Notes under the pieces: generated by a model
What the model was told of the DNA's origin: nothing
Databases searched by the model: none
What the model saw: the letters and a program-made list of their open reading frames with translations, nothing else
From: Verrucomicrobiia bacterium
Lineage (GTDB): Bacteria > Verrucomicrobiota > Verrucomicrobiia > Limisphaerales > UBA11358
DNA: 64,000 nucleotides
Direction: 5' to 3'
Assembly: GCA_035545995.1 (NCBI GenBank)
Contig: DASZXH010000053.1
Location: 33,345-97,344, forward strand
Made by a program: the position numbers and the translations under genes
Shown here: positions 51,265 through 60,811 of the stretch, one piece after another
Numbering within the stretch: the first letter of the stretch is position 1
How the letters are laid out: the number at the start of each line of letters is the position of its first letter

Positions 51265-52197
51265 GTGCCAGAATTCATTCACAAACCAGTGATGGTGGCG
51301 GAGGCGCTGGCCGCGCTGAACCCGCGACCGGGCGGTCGTTACGCCGACGGGACGCTCGGTGGAGCTGGTCACGCGGCGAACATTTTGGCCGCGAGTTCGC
51401 CGACTGGATGGTTGTATGGGTGCGATCGCGATGGCGTCGCGGTTGAGGCCGCGCAGAAGCGGCTCGCGGAGAAATTTTCCGGACGATTTGAAATCCGGCG
51501 CGGTAATTTTGCGGAAATGGCCGGCTGGATTCCGGCGGCCAGTTGCGACGGGGTTTTGCTGGATTTAGGCGTAAGTTCGCCGCAATTGGATTTCGCCGAG
51601 CGCGGATTCAGTTTTCAGCAGGATGGCCGGCTGAACATGCGGATGGACGACCGGCAATTGCTGACGGCGGCGGATTTGGTCAATGGCGCGAGCGCGGAAG
51701 AACTGGCGAGAATTTTTTGGGAATATGGCGGCGAACGCGAGTCGCGGCGGTTTGCGAAAGCGATTGTTCACGACCGCGAGCAAAAGAAATTTGAGACAAC
51801 GAAGCAATTGGCGGAATTGATTGAGCGGCTCGCGCCGCGCGCCGGGAAAAAAACGCATCCGGCCACGAAAGTTTTTCAGGCGTTGCGGATTGCGGTGAAC
51901 GACGAAATCGGTTCCTTGAAACTTGGGCTGGAAGCGGCATTGAAAATTTTGAAACCGGGCGGACGGCTGGCGGTCATCACATTTCATTCGCTGGAAGACA
52001 GAATTGTAAAAGAATTTGGCCGCGAGAAAACGCGGGATTACACGTTCAGTGGCAAAGTGGATATCCCGGAATTGCGGCAGCCGCGCGCGCCGGAAATGAA
52101 GTGGGTGAATCGCAAGGCGATAGCGCCGGGCGAAAGTGAATTAAAAGAAAATCCGCGCAGCCGCAGCGCGCAATTAAGGATTTTGGAAAAGATTTAA
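51265..52197 (+). CDS. rsmH: 16S rRNA (cytosine1402-N4)-methyltransferase
   Basis: 310 aa, GTG start. HKPVMVAEAL, DGTLGGAGH, LLDLGVSSPQLD, FHSLEDRIVK, NPRSRSA. Confidence 0.95.
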   Translation: MPEFIHKPVMVAEALAALNPRPGGRYADGTLGGAGHAANILAASSPTGWLYGCDRDGVAVEAAQKRLAEKFSGRFEIRRGNFAEMAGWIPAASCDGVLLDLGVSSPQLDFAERGFSFQQDGRLNMRMDDRQLLTAADLVNGASAEELARIFWEYGGERESRRFAKAIVHDREQKKFETTKQLAELIERLAPRAGKKTHPATKVFQALRIAVNDEIGSLKLGLEAALKILKPGGRLAVITFHSLEDRIVKEFGREKTRDYTFSGKVDIPELRQPRAPEMKWVNRKAIAPGESELKENPRSRSAQLRILEKI

Positions 52198-52198
52198 G

Positions 52199-52570
52199 AT
52201 GGCGAAAAATCGTAAAAGTCAATCGGCGGCAATCCGGTTCGGGCCGGCGTTGAAGGCGTCGTTTTTGTGTCTGCTGATTGCCGGTTCGGCCATCGGTTAT
52301 GTCTGGCAAAAAAGTGAAATCTCGCGGCTTGGCCGGCAAATTTCGGCGGATGAAAAACATTTGTTGCAATTGAAAAACGACAACAAGACGTTGTCGGATC
52401 AATTGGCGGCGTTGCGTTCGCCCGTGATGCTCGACCAGCGGGTGAAGGAATTGAATCTCGGTCTGGTGCCGGCGCAGCCGATGCAGGTTGTTCGGTTGCC
52501 CGAACCGCCGGAAAATAAAAATGTGTCACGTCAGCTTGCCGCGCGGCAAATGGACGTGACGACACCATGA
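52199..52570 (+). CDS. ftsL: FtsL-like cell division protein
   Basis: 123 aa. Single TM helix (ASFLCLLIAGSAIGYVW) followed by a coiled coil. Position between rsmH and ftsI. Confidence 0.7.
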   Translation: MAKNRKSQSAAIRFGPALKASFLCLLIAGSAIGYVWQKSEISRLGRQISADEKHLLQLKNDNKTLSDQLAALRSPVMLDQRVKELNLGLVPAQPMQVVRLPEPPENKNVSRQLAARQMDVTTP

Positions 52571-52648
52571 TATGAATTTTTGGCCGCCGCTCGTGACGCC
52601 GTCGGGTGAGGAACCGATCGCCACGGGCGGCTGGCTGATTTTGGAGCG

Positions 52649-54559
52649 ATGACTGGAAAAATGCAAATTCGACGGATGCTGCTGCTGGCGTTGCTGGTGA
52701 GCGCGGCTTTTGCCGGGCTGGGTTACCGGCTCGTGGATTTGCAGGTGTTGCGTCACGATGAATTGGCAAGGCAGGCGGAAGACAACACGCAGCGTGAATT
52801 CTGGCAAGCGCCGCGGCGCGGCAACATTTTGGACACGCACGGAAATCTGCTGGCTACGAGCGTTTCGGTGGAGACCGTTTGCGCCGACCCGACTTTGATT
52901 GGAAATCAACAGCCGGTGGTCGCCCGCGCGATTGCGCCGCTGCTGCAAATGAACGAAGGCGACCTTTTTCAAAAATTGTGTCCGCGCGTTTCAAAAAATG
53001 AAAAAGGCGAAACCATCACCAACGGTTTGCATTACGTCCGGTTGCAGAAAAATGTTCCCGAAGAAGCCTGGCAGAAAATTCAATTGGCCATGAACCAGCT
53101 TTCATTTGGTGTGGACGAAAAAAGCCTGTCAAAAACCGACCGCGCCTTTTTCCGCAATCTGCGCAAGAGCGCGATTTTCGCCGAGCCGAATCAATTACGC
53201 GTTTATCCGAACGGCGCGCTGGCGGTGCATGTACTTGGATTTGTCGGTGCGCGAGACACAACCAATCACACCTCGGAATTGTTCGGTTACGACGGCATCG
53301 AAAAATCTTTCAACGCGAAACTGACCGGCGCGGCGGGCTGGCGCGTGACGGGAATTGACAGCCGCAAAAATCAACTCGCCGAATTGCGCGACGAAGACGT
53401 TTCCGCGCGCGACGGCTTGAACGTCGTACTGACAATTGACACGGCGGTGCAAAACATCGTTGAAACGGCATTGGCCGACGCGATGCGCGAGCACTCGCCC
53501 GCAAACATCACTGGAATTGTCATGCGCCCGCGCACCGGCGAAATTTTGGCGCTGGCATCCCTGCCGGATTTTGACCCGAACAATTTGAGTTCCATCAACA
53601 CCAACAACGAACCGAATCGCGTCATCAGCGACGTGATGGAACCGGGTTCGACCTTCAAAACCATCGTGATTTCCGGCGCGCTCAACGATCACGTGGTCAC
53701 GCTACAAGACAAAGTATTTTGCGAAAATGGCGTTTTTCATTACGGCGGAATTGTTCTGCACGATGCCGAACACGATCATTTCGGTGATTTGACGGTTGAA
53801 CAAGTGCTGCAAAAATCGTCGAACATCGGCGCATCCAAAATCGGTATCAAACTTCAAGCGCCGCGGCTTTACGATTACATGACCGATTTCGGATTGGGCG
53901 CTTACACCGGAATTCCATTGCCGAACGAAGTCAGCGCCAAAAATTTCGTCCGACCAGTTGACAAATGGGGCAAGTATTCCATCGCGCAAATTCCCATGGG
54001 ACAAGGCGTGGCGGTGACGCGGTTGCAAATGCTCATGGCCATCGGCGCGCTCGCCAACGACGGCGTGCTCATGCGTCCGATGCTGGTGAAATGCCTGCAA
54101 GATCGCGACGGAAACGTCGTCGAGCAATACGAACCGCAAATCGTTCGTCGGGTCGTGAATGAAGAAACCGTTCATGAAATGGTCGAAGCGTTGAAAACCG
54201 TCGTGAGCAGCGATGGAACCGCGCCATTGGCCGCGTTGACCAATTACACGGTCGCCGGCAAAACCGGCACGGCGCAAAAAGTCATCAATGGGAAATACTC
54301 CGACAATCATTTCATCATTTCCTTCATCGGATTTTTTCCGGCCAATGACCCGCAACTGTGCATTTCCATCGTCATGGATTCGCCGAAGGAAGGTGGACGC
54401 GCATTCGGCGGCGCATTGTGCGGTCCGGTTTTCCATGACATCGCCGAGCGTTGCGCCAGCTATCTGAACATCCCGCCGGACAAAAATCTGGAACCGCCTT
54501 TTTCGCAGCAGCCGATGGTCGCGACGGGAATTTCGCGCCCGATGGCGGGCGTGCAATGA
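52649..54559 (+). CDS. ftsI: peptidoglycan D,D-transpeptidase FtsI (class B PBP)
   Basis: 636 aa. N-terminal TM helix, STFK (EPGSTFKT), SSN (KSSNIG), KTGT (AGKTGTAQ). Confidence 0.93.
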   Translation: MTGKMQIRRMLLLALLVSAAFAGLGYRLVDLQVLRHDELARQAEDNTQREFWQAPRRGNILDTHGNLLATSVSVETVCADPTLIGNQQPVVARAIAPLLQMNEGDLFQKLCPRVSKNEKGETITNGLHYVRLQKNVPEEAWQKIQLAMNQLSFGVDEKSLSKTDRAFFRNLRKSAIFAEPNQLRVYPNGALAVHVLGFVGARDTTNHTSELFGYDGIEKSFNAKLTGAAGWRVTGIDSRKNQLAELRDEDVSARDGLNVVLTIDTAVQNIVETALADAMREHSPANITGIVMRPRTGEILALASLPDFDPNNLSSINTNNEPNRVISDVMEPGSTFKTIVISGALNDHVVTLQDKVFCENGVFHYGGIVLHDAEHDHFGDLTVEQVLQKSSNIGASKIGIKLQAPRLYDYMTDFGLGAYTGIPLPNEVSAKNFVRPVDKWGKYSIAQIPMGQGVAVTRLQMLMAIGALANDGVLMRPMLVKCLQDRDGNVVEQYEPQIVRRVVNEETVHEMVEALKTVVSSDGTAPLAALTNYTVAGKTGTAQKVINGKYSDNHFIISFIGFFPANDPQLCISIVMDSPKEGGRAFGGALCGPVFHDIAERCASYLNIPPDKNLEPPFSQQPMVATGISRPMAGVQ

Positions 54560-54568
54560 GGTATTGCA

Positions 54569-55951
54569 GTGGAAAAATGCTCTTTGAAATTTGTTGCCGA
54601 AGCCTGCGGCGCTGAAATCCGGCGCGGCGCGGCGGAGACCATCGTACAATCGGTTTGCACGGATTCACGTCAGGCGAAATCGGGCGATTTGTTTTTCGCC
54701 ATCAAAGGCGAGAAATTTGATGGCCATGATTTCTTGAATGAAGTTGCGGCCAAAGGCGTCGTGGCCATTGTCGTCGAAACAAAAAAAATTCCGGCGCGAT
54801 TGCCGGAATGTGCGGTTCTGGTTGTGGACGATGTGCGAATCGCGCTGGGAAAATTGGCGGCGACTTATCGGAGGCAATTTAATTTGCCGGTTATCTGCGT
54901 CGGTGGTTCAAACGGCAAGACGACGACGAAGGAATTGCTCGCGTCGGTTTTGCGCCAAAAATTTTCGACGTTGGCGAGCGAGGCGAGTTTCAACAACGAC
55001 ATCGGCGTGCCGTTGACGTTGTTGAAATTGGAAAAGTCGCATCAGGTTGCCATTTTGGAAGTCGGCACAAATCATCCGGGTGAACTCGCGCCGCTGGTGA
55101 AAATGGCGCAGCCGAAATTCGGCGTGCTGACAAATATCGGACGCGAGCATCTGGAATTTTTCGGCGACGTCGCGGGCGTCGCGCAGGAAGAAGGCTGGCT
55201 GGCGGAATTGCTTCCGGCGGACGGGAAATTATTTCTGAACGGCGACAATGATTGGACGGAAAAAATCGCGGCGCGGACGAAAGCGAAAGTTGTCCGCGTT
55301 GGACTCGGCAAGAAAAACGACTGGCGCGCGGAAAAAATTCGTTTGAACAAAAACGGCGCGACATTTCGAGTCGCCACGGCGAAGGAAGAATTTTGCGGCG
55401 AGTATCGGGTCAATTTGCTGGGACGGCATCAGGTCGTGAATGCTTTGTTTGCGATGACGGTCAGTGAGGAACTCGGTCTGGGCCGCGCTGAAATCCAGCG
55501 CGGCCTGGCCGAATGTCAGCCGCCGAAAATGCGGTTGCAATTTTGGGAAGCCAACGGCGTGCGCGTGCTGGACGACGCCTACAACGCGAACGCGGATTCG
55601 ACGATTGCCGCACTGGAAACGCTCTGCGATTTGCCGCTGCAAGGCCGTCGCGTGGCGGTTCTCGGCGACATGGAAGAGCTCGGCGCGCACAGCGCAGCGG
55701 CGCACGCGGAAATCGGCAAACGCGCGGCGGAGTTGAAAATCGGCCAATTGTTCGCCGTCGGTAAAAATGCAAGCGTCGTTGCCAAGGTGGCGCGCGACGC
55801 TGGTTTGGCGCGCGTGATTGAATTTGAAAACGTGGAAGCGGCGATGAAAGCGGTGAAGAATTTTTTGAAAGCGGGCGACGTGGTTTTGTTGAAGGCGTCG
55901 CGCGCGGCGCGGCTGGAACGGATTGCGGAGACGTTGAAAGCGGAAAAATGA
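54569..55951 (+). CDS. murF: UDP-N-acetylmuramoyl-tripeptide--D-alanyl-D-alanine ligase
   Basis: 460 aa, GTG start. DSRQAKSGDLFFAIKGEKFDGHDF, GGSNGKTTTKE, FNNDIGVPLT, DAYNANADS. Confidence 0.93.
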   Translation: MEKCSLKFVAEACGAEIRRGAAETIVQSVCTDSRQAKSGDLFFAIKGEKFDGHDFLNEVAAKGVVAIVVETKKIPARLPECAVLVVDDVRIALGKLAATYRRQFNLPVICVGGSNGKTTTKELLASVLRQKFSTLASEASFNNDIGVPLTLLKLEKSHQVAILEVGTNHPGELAPLVKMAQPKFGVLTNIGREHLEFFGDVAGVAQEEGWLAELLPADGKLFLNGDNDWTEKIAARTKAKVVRVGLGKKNDWRAEKIRLNKNGATFRVATAKEEFCGEYRVNLLGRHQVVNALFAMTVSEELGLGRAEIQRGLAECQPPKMRLQFWEANGVRVLDDAYNANADSTIAALETLCDLPLQGRRVAVLGDMEELGAHSAAAHAEIGKRAAELKIGQLFAVGKNASVVAKVARDAGLARVIEFENVEAAMKAVKNFLKAGDVVLLKASRAARLERIAETLKAEK

Positions 55952-56268
55952 AAATGCAAATTATGAAAACCAAATTCATTTTTTTGATTGCGGTTGTATT
56001 TGTTACGACCGTTTTTGCAAGTGTGGTTTTGCCACCTTACGACAATTCAAAGCCGCCAACGCTTTCTTTGCCGGACGCATATCAATTAGCGATTGTTGCA
56101 CTCGGTTCGACTACAAATCAGTTTCATTGCGTTGACGCAAAAATCACAACTGATTTTGGAAATCCGCGATGGTCTTTTGACTTTTATTCAACAAATACAC
56201 CGCCGAGATGGAAATGTATGACTGTTGATTTTTCCGGAAAAACTCAAGAGGACAATGGCTTGAGATAA
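55948..56268 (+). CDS. small secreted hypothetical protein inserted between murF and mraY
   Basis: 106 aa, AT-rich. Signal/anchor MKTKFIFLIAVVFVTTVFA. ATGA overlap with the murF stop. Confidence 0.5.
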   Translation: MKMQIMKTKFIFLIAVVFVTTVFASVVLPPYDNSKPPTLSLPDAYQLAIVALGSTTNQFHCVDAKITTDFGNPRWSFDFYSTNTPPRWKCMTVDFSGKTQEDNGLR

Positions 56269-56281
56269 AATTGATGCAAAA

Positions 56282-57430
56282 ATGTTTTTTTATTTGAGCC
56301 AGCAAATTTTGGATTGGTCGCACGGAACAACTTGGGAAAGTCGTCTCTCGTTTTTGCGATTGTTCCGCTACATCACCGTTCGCAGCGCAGGCGCGGCGGT
56401 GACGGCGTTGATTTTGAGCTGGTGGTTTGGGCCGAAAATCATCCGCTGGCTCAAACAGTTGAAGTTCGGTCAAGATTACAAAGACAAGGCGGAAGAAGCC
56501 GGCGGTTTGGCCGCGCGTATCTTGAGTAAAAAAGGAACGCCAACGATGGGCGGAGTTTTAATTATCACCGTTCTGGTGTTTTCGACGATGCTCTGGGCGC
56601 AATGGAATGCGTTCGTGGAACTGACGTTGCTTTCGGTCTTGGTTCTGGCGGGTTTGGGGTTTTACGACGATTACGCAAAAATCATCCAGCAAAGCGGCGG
56701 CGGCACGCCACCACGATTAAAGTTGTGGGTGCAACTGTTGTTGGCGACGTTCATTGGCGTTTATCTTTGGCTCACGCCTTCGACGCATACGTTGGTTGCG
56801 GAAATCATGGTGCCGTTTTACAAATATCCGGTCGCAAAAGACGCGCTCTGGCTCGGTTTGGTGATTGTTGTGCTGGCAATCGTCGGCAGTTCCAACGCGG
56901 TGAATTTGACGGATGGACTCGACGGATTGGCCATCGGCTGCACGTTGATTGTCGGGTTCGTGTTTTTGTTTTTCACATATCTCGCCGGGAATTTGAAAGC
57001 GGCGAATTATTTGCAAATTCCGTTTGTGCCGGGCACGGGCGAATTGACGGTTTTTTGCGCGGCGCTCATCGGCGCGGGTCTCGGATTTTTATGGTTCAAT
57101 TGTCATCCGGCGCAAGTGTTCATGGGTGACACCGGCTCGCTCGCATTGGGCGGCGCGTTCGGCATCATGGCGGTGTTGATTCATCAACCGTTTGTACTGG
57201 TGATTGCGGGCGGCGTGTTCGTGCTCGAAGCCGTTTCGGTGATGTTGCAAACCGGCTGGTTTCGGATTACGAAAAAGTATTACGGCACGGGCCGGAGAAT
57301 TTTTTTGATGGCGCCGTTGCATCATCATTTCGAGAAAAAAGGCTGGTATGAATCGCAGGTGGTCATGCGCTTTTACATTTTGTGCGTGTTATTTGCAGTC
57401 ATCGCGCTGGCCTCGTTGAAATTGAGATAA
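56282..57430 (+). CDS. mraY: phospho-N-acetylmuramoyl-pentapeptide transferase
   Basis: 382 aa. KGTPTMGG, NAVNLTDGLDGLA, FMGDTGSLALGG, APLHHHFE. Confidence 0.97.
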   Translation: MFFYLSQQILDWSHGTTWESRLSFLRLFRYITVRSAGAAVTALILSWWFGPKIIRWLKQLKFGQDYKDKAEEAGGLAARILSKKGTPTMGGVLIITVLVFSTMLWAQWNAFVELTLLSVLVLAGLGFYDDYAKIIQQSGGGTPPRLKLWVQLLLATFIGVYLWLTPSTHTLVAEIMVPFYKYPVAKDALWLGLVIVVLAIVGSSNAVNLTDGLDGLAIGCTLIVGFVFLFFTYLAGNLKAANYLQIPFVPGTGELTVFCAALIGAGLGFLWFNCHPAQVFMGDTGSLALGGAFGIMAVLIHQPFVLVIAGGVFVLEAVSVMLQTGWFRITKKYYGTGRRIFLMAPLHHHFEKKGWYESQVVMRFYILCVLFAVIALASLKLR

Positions 57431-57713
57431 AATGACGCTGATTTGGAACAAATATACATTTGAAAACAAGCGGTTTGCCGCTTGCGTGCCGGAGGTGCAA
57501 ATGGTAACAATTTGGCCGGCGGCAATGGCTCAAAAGCTGCTGTTATTCCAATTTGGCATCTTGAAGTTAAGAGGATTTTTCAAGTCGTCGAAAAACGAAT
57601 TTAATTTAACGCGCTGCGGGATTTTTCGAGGGAAAATTTTGCGGCGAAAAAATCAAAACATTAAAAATAAAACTGACCTCAAATAAAGAAAGGACGCAAC
57701 CAGCGCCAAACCA

Positions 57714-58463
57714 ATGAACAATCCTAATCCATTCGTCCCCAAAGGCTCGCTTCTGGAGCAACAAAGCAAACGCCGCTCACGCATGAAGCTGGGCGTCTTC
57801 TGCGTCCTCGCCGTCAGCGTCACCGGCTTGATGGCCATGCTGATTCAAGGTTGCAAGCGCGAAAATGAAACCGCCGATAACACCGACAATTCCACGCCGA
57901 CAGTGGACACCAATAATTTTGCCGCCGACACGAATCCTCCGACGATGGAAGTGTCCAATCCACCCGTGCCCGCGCCGACGCCGGCGGTGGCACCGACATC
58001 CGCGCCTGCACCGGAGCCGGCGACGACTGAATACGTCGTGGTCAAAGGCGATACGCTCGGAAAAATTGCCAGGAAAAATGGCGTCACGCTCAAAGCGCTC
58101 GAAGATGCCAATCCAAACGTGCAGCCGTCCCGATTGAAAGTCGGACAGAAAATTGTCATTCCTGCTTCCTCAAGTGGCGCGACTGTGGCTCCCGCCGCGA
58201 ATGAAACGAGCACCGGCGAAGAACTTTATACCGTCAAATCCGGTGACTCGCTGACCAAAATTGCAAAAGCGCACGGTGTCACCGTCAAAGCTTTGGAATC
58301 TGAAAATGGTTTGACCACCACAAAAATCAAAGTCGGTCAGAAATTGAAGATTCCGGCGAAGACGGAGCTGGCTCCGACGCCAGAAGCCACGCCTGCTCCT
58401 GCTCCCGCAACGGTTGCTCCGGCTCCGACTGCGCCAACCGGCGCACCGGCCGGACAACAATAA
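57714..58463 (+). CDS. membrane-anchored protein with two LysM domains
   Basis: 249 aa. TM anchor LGVFCVLAVSVTGLMAMLI, Pro/Ala/Thr linkers. LysM1 is YVVVKGDTLGKIARKNGVTLKALEDANP...LKVGQKIVIP. LysM2 is YTVKSGDSLTKIAKAHGVTVKALESENG...IKVGQKLKIP. Confidence 0.85.
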   Translation: MNNPNPFVPKGSLLEQQSKRRSRMKLGVFCVLAVSVTGLMAMLIQGCKRENETADNTDNSTPTVDTNNFAADTNPPTMEVSNPPVPAPTPAVAPTSAPAPEPATTEYVVVKGDTLGKIARKNGVTLKALEDANPNVQPSRLKVGQKIVIPASSSGATVAPAANETSTGEELYTVKSGDSLTKIAKAHGVTVKALESENGLTTTKIKVGQKLKIPAKTELAPTPEATPAPAPATVAPAPTAPTGAPAGQQ

Positions 58464-58505
58464 ATGGCATTGGCTTAAATCGCGGTTCATTGGTTTGACT
58501 CTTGC

Positions 58506-59639
58506 ATGAGAGTTGCCGTTACAACTTTGGCATTTTGCGTCGCTGCGCTTTTGGCATTGGGACTGGTGATGCTTTATAGTTCAAGTATGACGCAAGTCGG
58601 CGCGCGCGACTTGATGACTCAACTGGTCTGGTGCGCTGCCGGATTTCTCCTGTGTGTCATTATTACCACGCTGAATTACCAATTGTTCAAAAAACTGGTT
58701 TGGCCGATTTATCTGCTCGCGCTGATTTCACTCGCATTGGTGTTTGTGCCGCACGTTGGTCATGCCAGCCACGGTGCGCATCGGTGGATCGGCTGGGGAC
58801 GATTGAATTTTCAACCTTCCGAACTCGGCAAAATGGCATTGATTGTCTGGCTCGCCTGGTATGGTGACCGCTCCCAACGACAAATGCAAAATTGGAAACG
58901 CGGCATTGTTTTGCCCGCGTTGTTTGCTGGTCTGATTCTCGGTTTGATTTTTATTGAACCGGATCGCGGCACAACCATATTGCTCGCTGCTGTCAGCGGT
59001 TCAATGTTGTTGCTCGCGGGTGTTCGCTGGAAACATATTTTCATGCCTGCTCTGCTCGGCGTCGTGTTTTTTGTGTTTTCCATTCTGCGCGACCCGATGC
59101 GTATGGGCCGCATTTTTGCGTGGCTGCATCCTGAAAAACATTTGCAAGGCGCGGCGCTTCAAGCGCAACAAGCAATGATTGGTCTCGGTTCCGGCGGCTG
59201 GTTCGGCGTCGGCCTCGGCAACGGAATGCAAAAGCACGGTTACTTGCCGGAAATCCAGACCGATTTTATTTTCGCCAATATCGGCGAAGAATTGGGATTG
59301 GTCGCCACATTGCTCGTCGTGCTGGCTTTTGTCGTCATTCTGATTTGTGGAATTTCCATCGCGCTGAATTCCCGCGACACCTTTGGTTTCCTGCTCGCGT
59401 CCGGCATCACGTTTTTGATCGGGTTGCAGGCGGCCATCAACATCGGCGTCGTCACCAGTGCCTTGCCCAACAAAGGATTGCCGTTGCCGTTCATCAGTTA
59501 TGGCGGCTCAAATCTGCTGGCCATGTTCGCGTGCGTCGGCATTTTATTCAGCGTCGCCCGCCACGCGCCCGCGCGCGAAAAAATTTCCAAATCGTCTGAC
59601 GAAATCAGCGATAATCCTTTCGCCGCCAAAGCCACATGA
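58506..59639 (+). CDS. ftsW: SEDS-family peptidoglycan glycosyltransferase FtsW
   Basis: 377 aa, polytopic. FQPSELGK, EPDRGT, LPEIQTDFIFANIGEELG, LPLPFISYGGSN. Confidence 0.93.
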   Translation: MRVAVTTLAFCVAALLALGLVMLYSSSMTQVGARDLMTQLVWCAAGFLLCVIITTLNYQLFKKLVWPIYLLALISLALVFVPHVGHASHGAHRWIGWGRLNFQPSELGKMALIVWLAWYGDRSQRQMQNWKRGIVLPALFAGLILGLIFIEPDRGTTILLAAVSGSMLLLAGVRWKHIFMPALLGVVFFVFSILRDPMRMGRIFAWLHPEKHLQGAALQAQQAMIGLGSGGWFGVGLGNGMQKHGYLPEIQTDFIFANIGEELGLVATLLVVLAFVVILICGISIALNSRDTFGFLLASGITFLIGLQAAINIGVVTSALPNKGLPLPFISYGGSNLLAMFACVGILFSVARHAPAREKISKSSDEISDNPFAAKAT

Positions 59640-60811
59640 CCGCCGCCGGAACCAAAACGCCCTACGTCGCCATCGCCTGCGGCGGGACGGGCGGACATCT
59701 CTTTCCGGGCTTGGCCGTTGCCGAAGAATTGAAAAAACGCGGCGGCAAAATCGCCTTGCTGATTTCGCCCAAAGACGTGGACCAGCAAGCCGTAAAATCC
59801 TTGCGCGGCTTTGACATCTTCACGCTGCCAGCGGTCGGATTGCAGAACCGGAATTACTTCTCCTTCGGCTGGAGTTTCTGGAAATCGCTTTGCGCGGCGC
59901 GTGCCATTTTCAAAAAACAAAAACCCGACGCGGTTTTGGCGATGGGCGGATTCACTTCCGCGCCGCCGGTTCTCGCTGCCAAAAGATTTGGTGCAAAAAC
60001 TTTTTTACACGAATCCAACACGATTCCCGGACGCGCCAACCGGTTTCTCTCGCGATTTGTGGACGAAGCGTTTGTCGGATTTCCCGAAGCCGCCGCGCGT
60101 TTGCGGGCAAAAACAATTTCCGTGACCGGCACGCCCGTCCGTCCGCAGTTTTCCCAATCCGCAATCCGCAATCCGCAATCCGCGATAAGTCTTGGCCTTG
60201 ACCCAAATCTTCCGATGGTTCTCGTTGTTGGTGGCAGTCAGGGCGCGAGCGGCCTGAACGAAATGATTTTGTCCACGTTGCCGCTGCTCGCGGGAAAAAA
60301 TTGGCAATGGCTGCATTTGACCGGCGCGAACGATTTTGAAAAAGTGAAATCCGCCTACGCCGCGCAAAATTTGAAAGCCGTCGTCAAACCGTTTCTCGCC
60401 GAAATGGATTTGGCGCTGGGTGCGGCGACCATTTCCGTCAGCCGCTCCGGCGCGTCGTCACTCGCGGAAATCGCCGCGATGCGATTACCATCGTTGCTCG
60501 TGCCGTTTCCAGCGGCGGCGGATAATCATCAATTTTTCAACGCGCGCGCGTTTGAAAAATCCGGCGCGGCGAAATTACTGGAACAAAAGAATTCCACGCC
60601 GGAAAAAGTTGCCGCAATTTTGACTGAATTGATTGAAAATGAAAATGCGCGCGCCAAAATCCAATCCGCGCTCGCGCAATGGCACGCGCCGAAATCGGCG
60701 GAGCAGATTGCCGAAAACATTTTAGCTGCGATTGCAGAAAATTTTTCCCTCGCCCCGCAAAGCGGAGAGAGCGCCGGGGCGCGGGGTGGAACTTTGAAAG
60801 TTGCGGCATGA
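59636..60811 (+). CDS. murG: UDP-N-acetylglucosamine--N-acetylmuramyl-(pentapeptide) pyrophosphoryl-undecaprenol GlcNAc transferase
   Basis: 391 aa. ACGGTGGHLFPGLAVAEEL, GTPVR, VVGGSQGA, SRSGASSLAEIAA. ATGA overlaps with ftsW and murB. Confidence 0.95.
   Translation: MTAAGTKTPYVAIACGGTGGHLFPGLAVAEELKKRGGKIALLISPKDVDQQAVKSLRGFDIFTLPAVGLQNRNYFSFGWSFWKSLCAARAIFKKQKPDAVLAMGGFTSAPPVLAAKRFGAKTFLHESNTIPGRANRFLSRFVDEAFVGFPEAAARLRAKTISVTGTPVRPQFSQSAIRNPQSAISLGLDPNLPMVLVVGGSQGASGLNEMILSTLPLLAGKNWQWLHLTGANDFEKVKSAYAAQNLKAVVKPFLAEMDLALGAATISVSRSGASSLAEIAAMRLPSLLVPFPAAADNHQFFNARAFEKSGAAKLLEQKNSTPEKVAAILTELIENENARAKIQSALAQWHAPKSAEQIAENILAAIAENFSLAPQSGESAGARGGTLKVAA
60156..60183. repeat. 4 x 7-bp perfect tandem repeat AATCCGC inside murG
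   Basis: Read directly. It encodes QSAIRNPQSAI in the variable linker between GTPVR and VVGGSQGA. Confidence 0.9.

Noticed and set aside
57468-57486. Hairpin CAAGCGG-TTTG-CCGCTTG just after mraY as a terminator
   Set aside because: There is no U-run on the plus strand. A T-run follows only on the minus strand, where there is no gene to terminate. It is mentioned only as part of the AT-rich gap finding.
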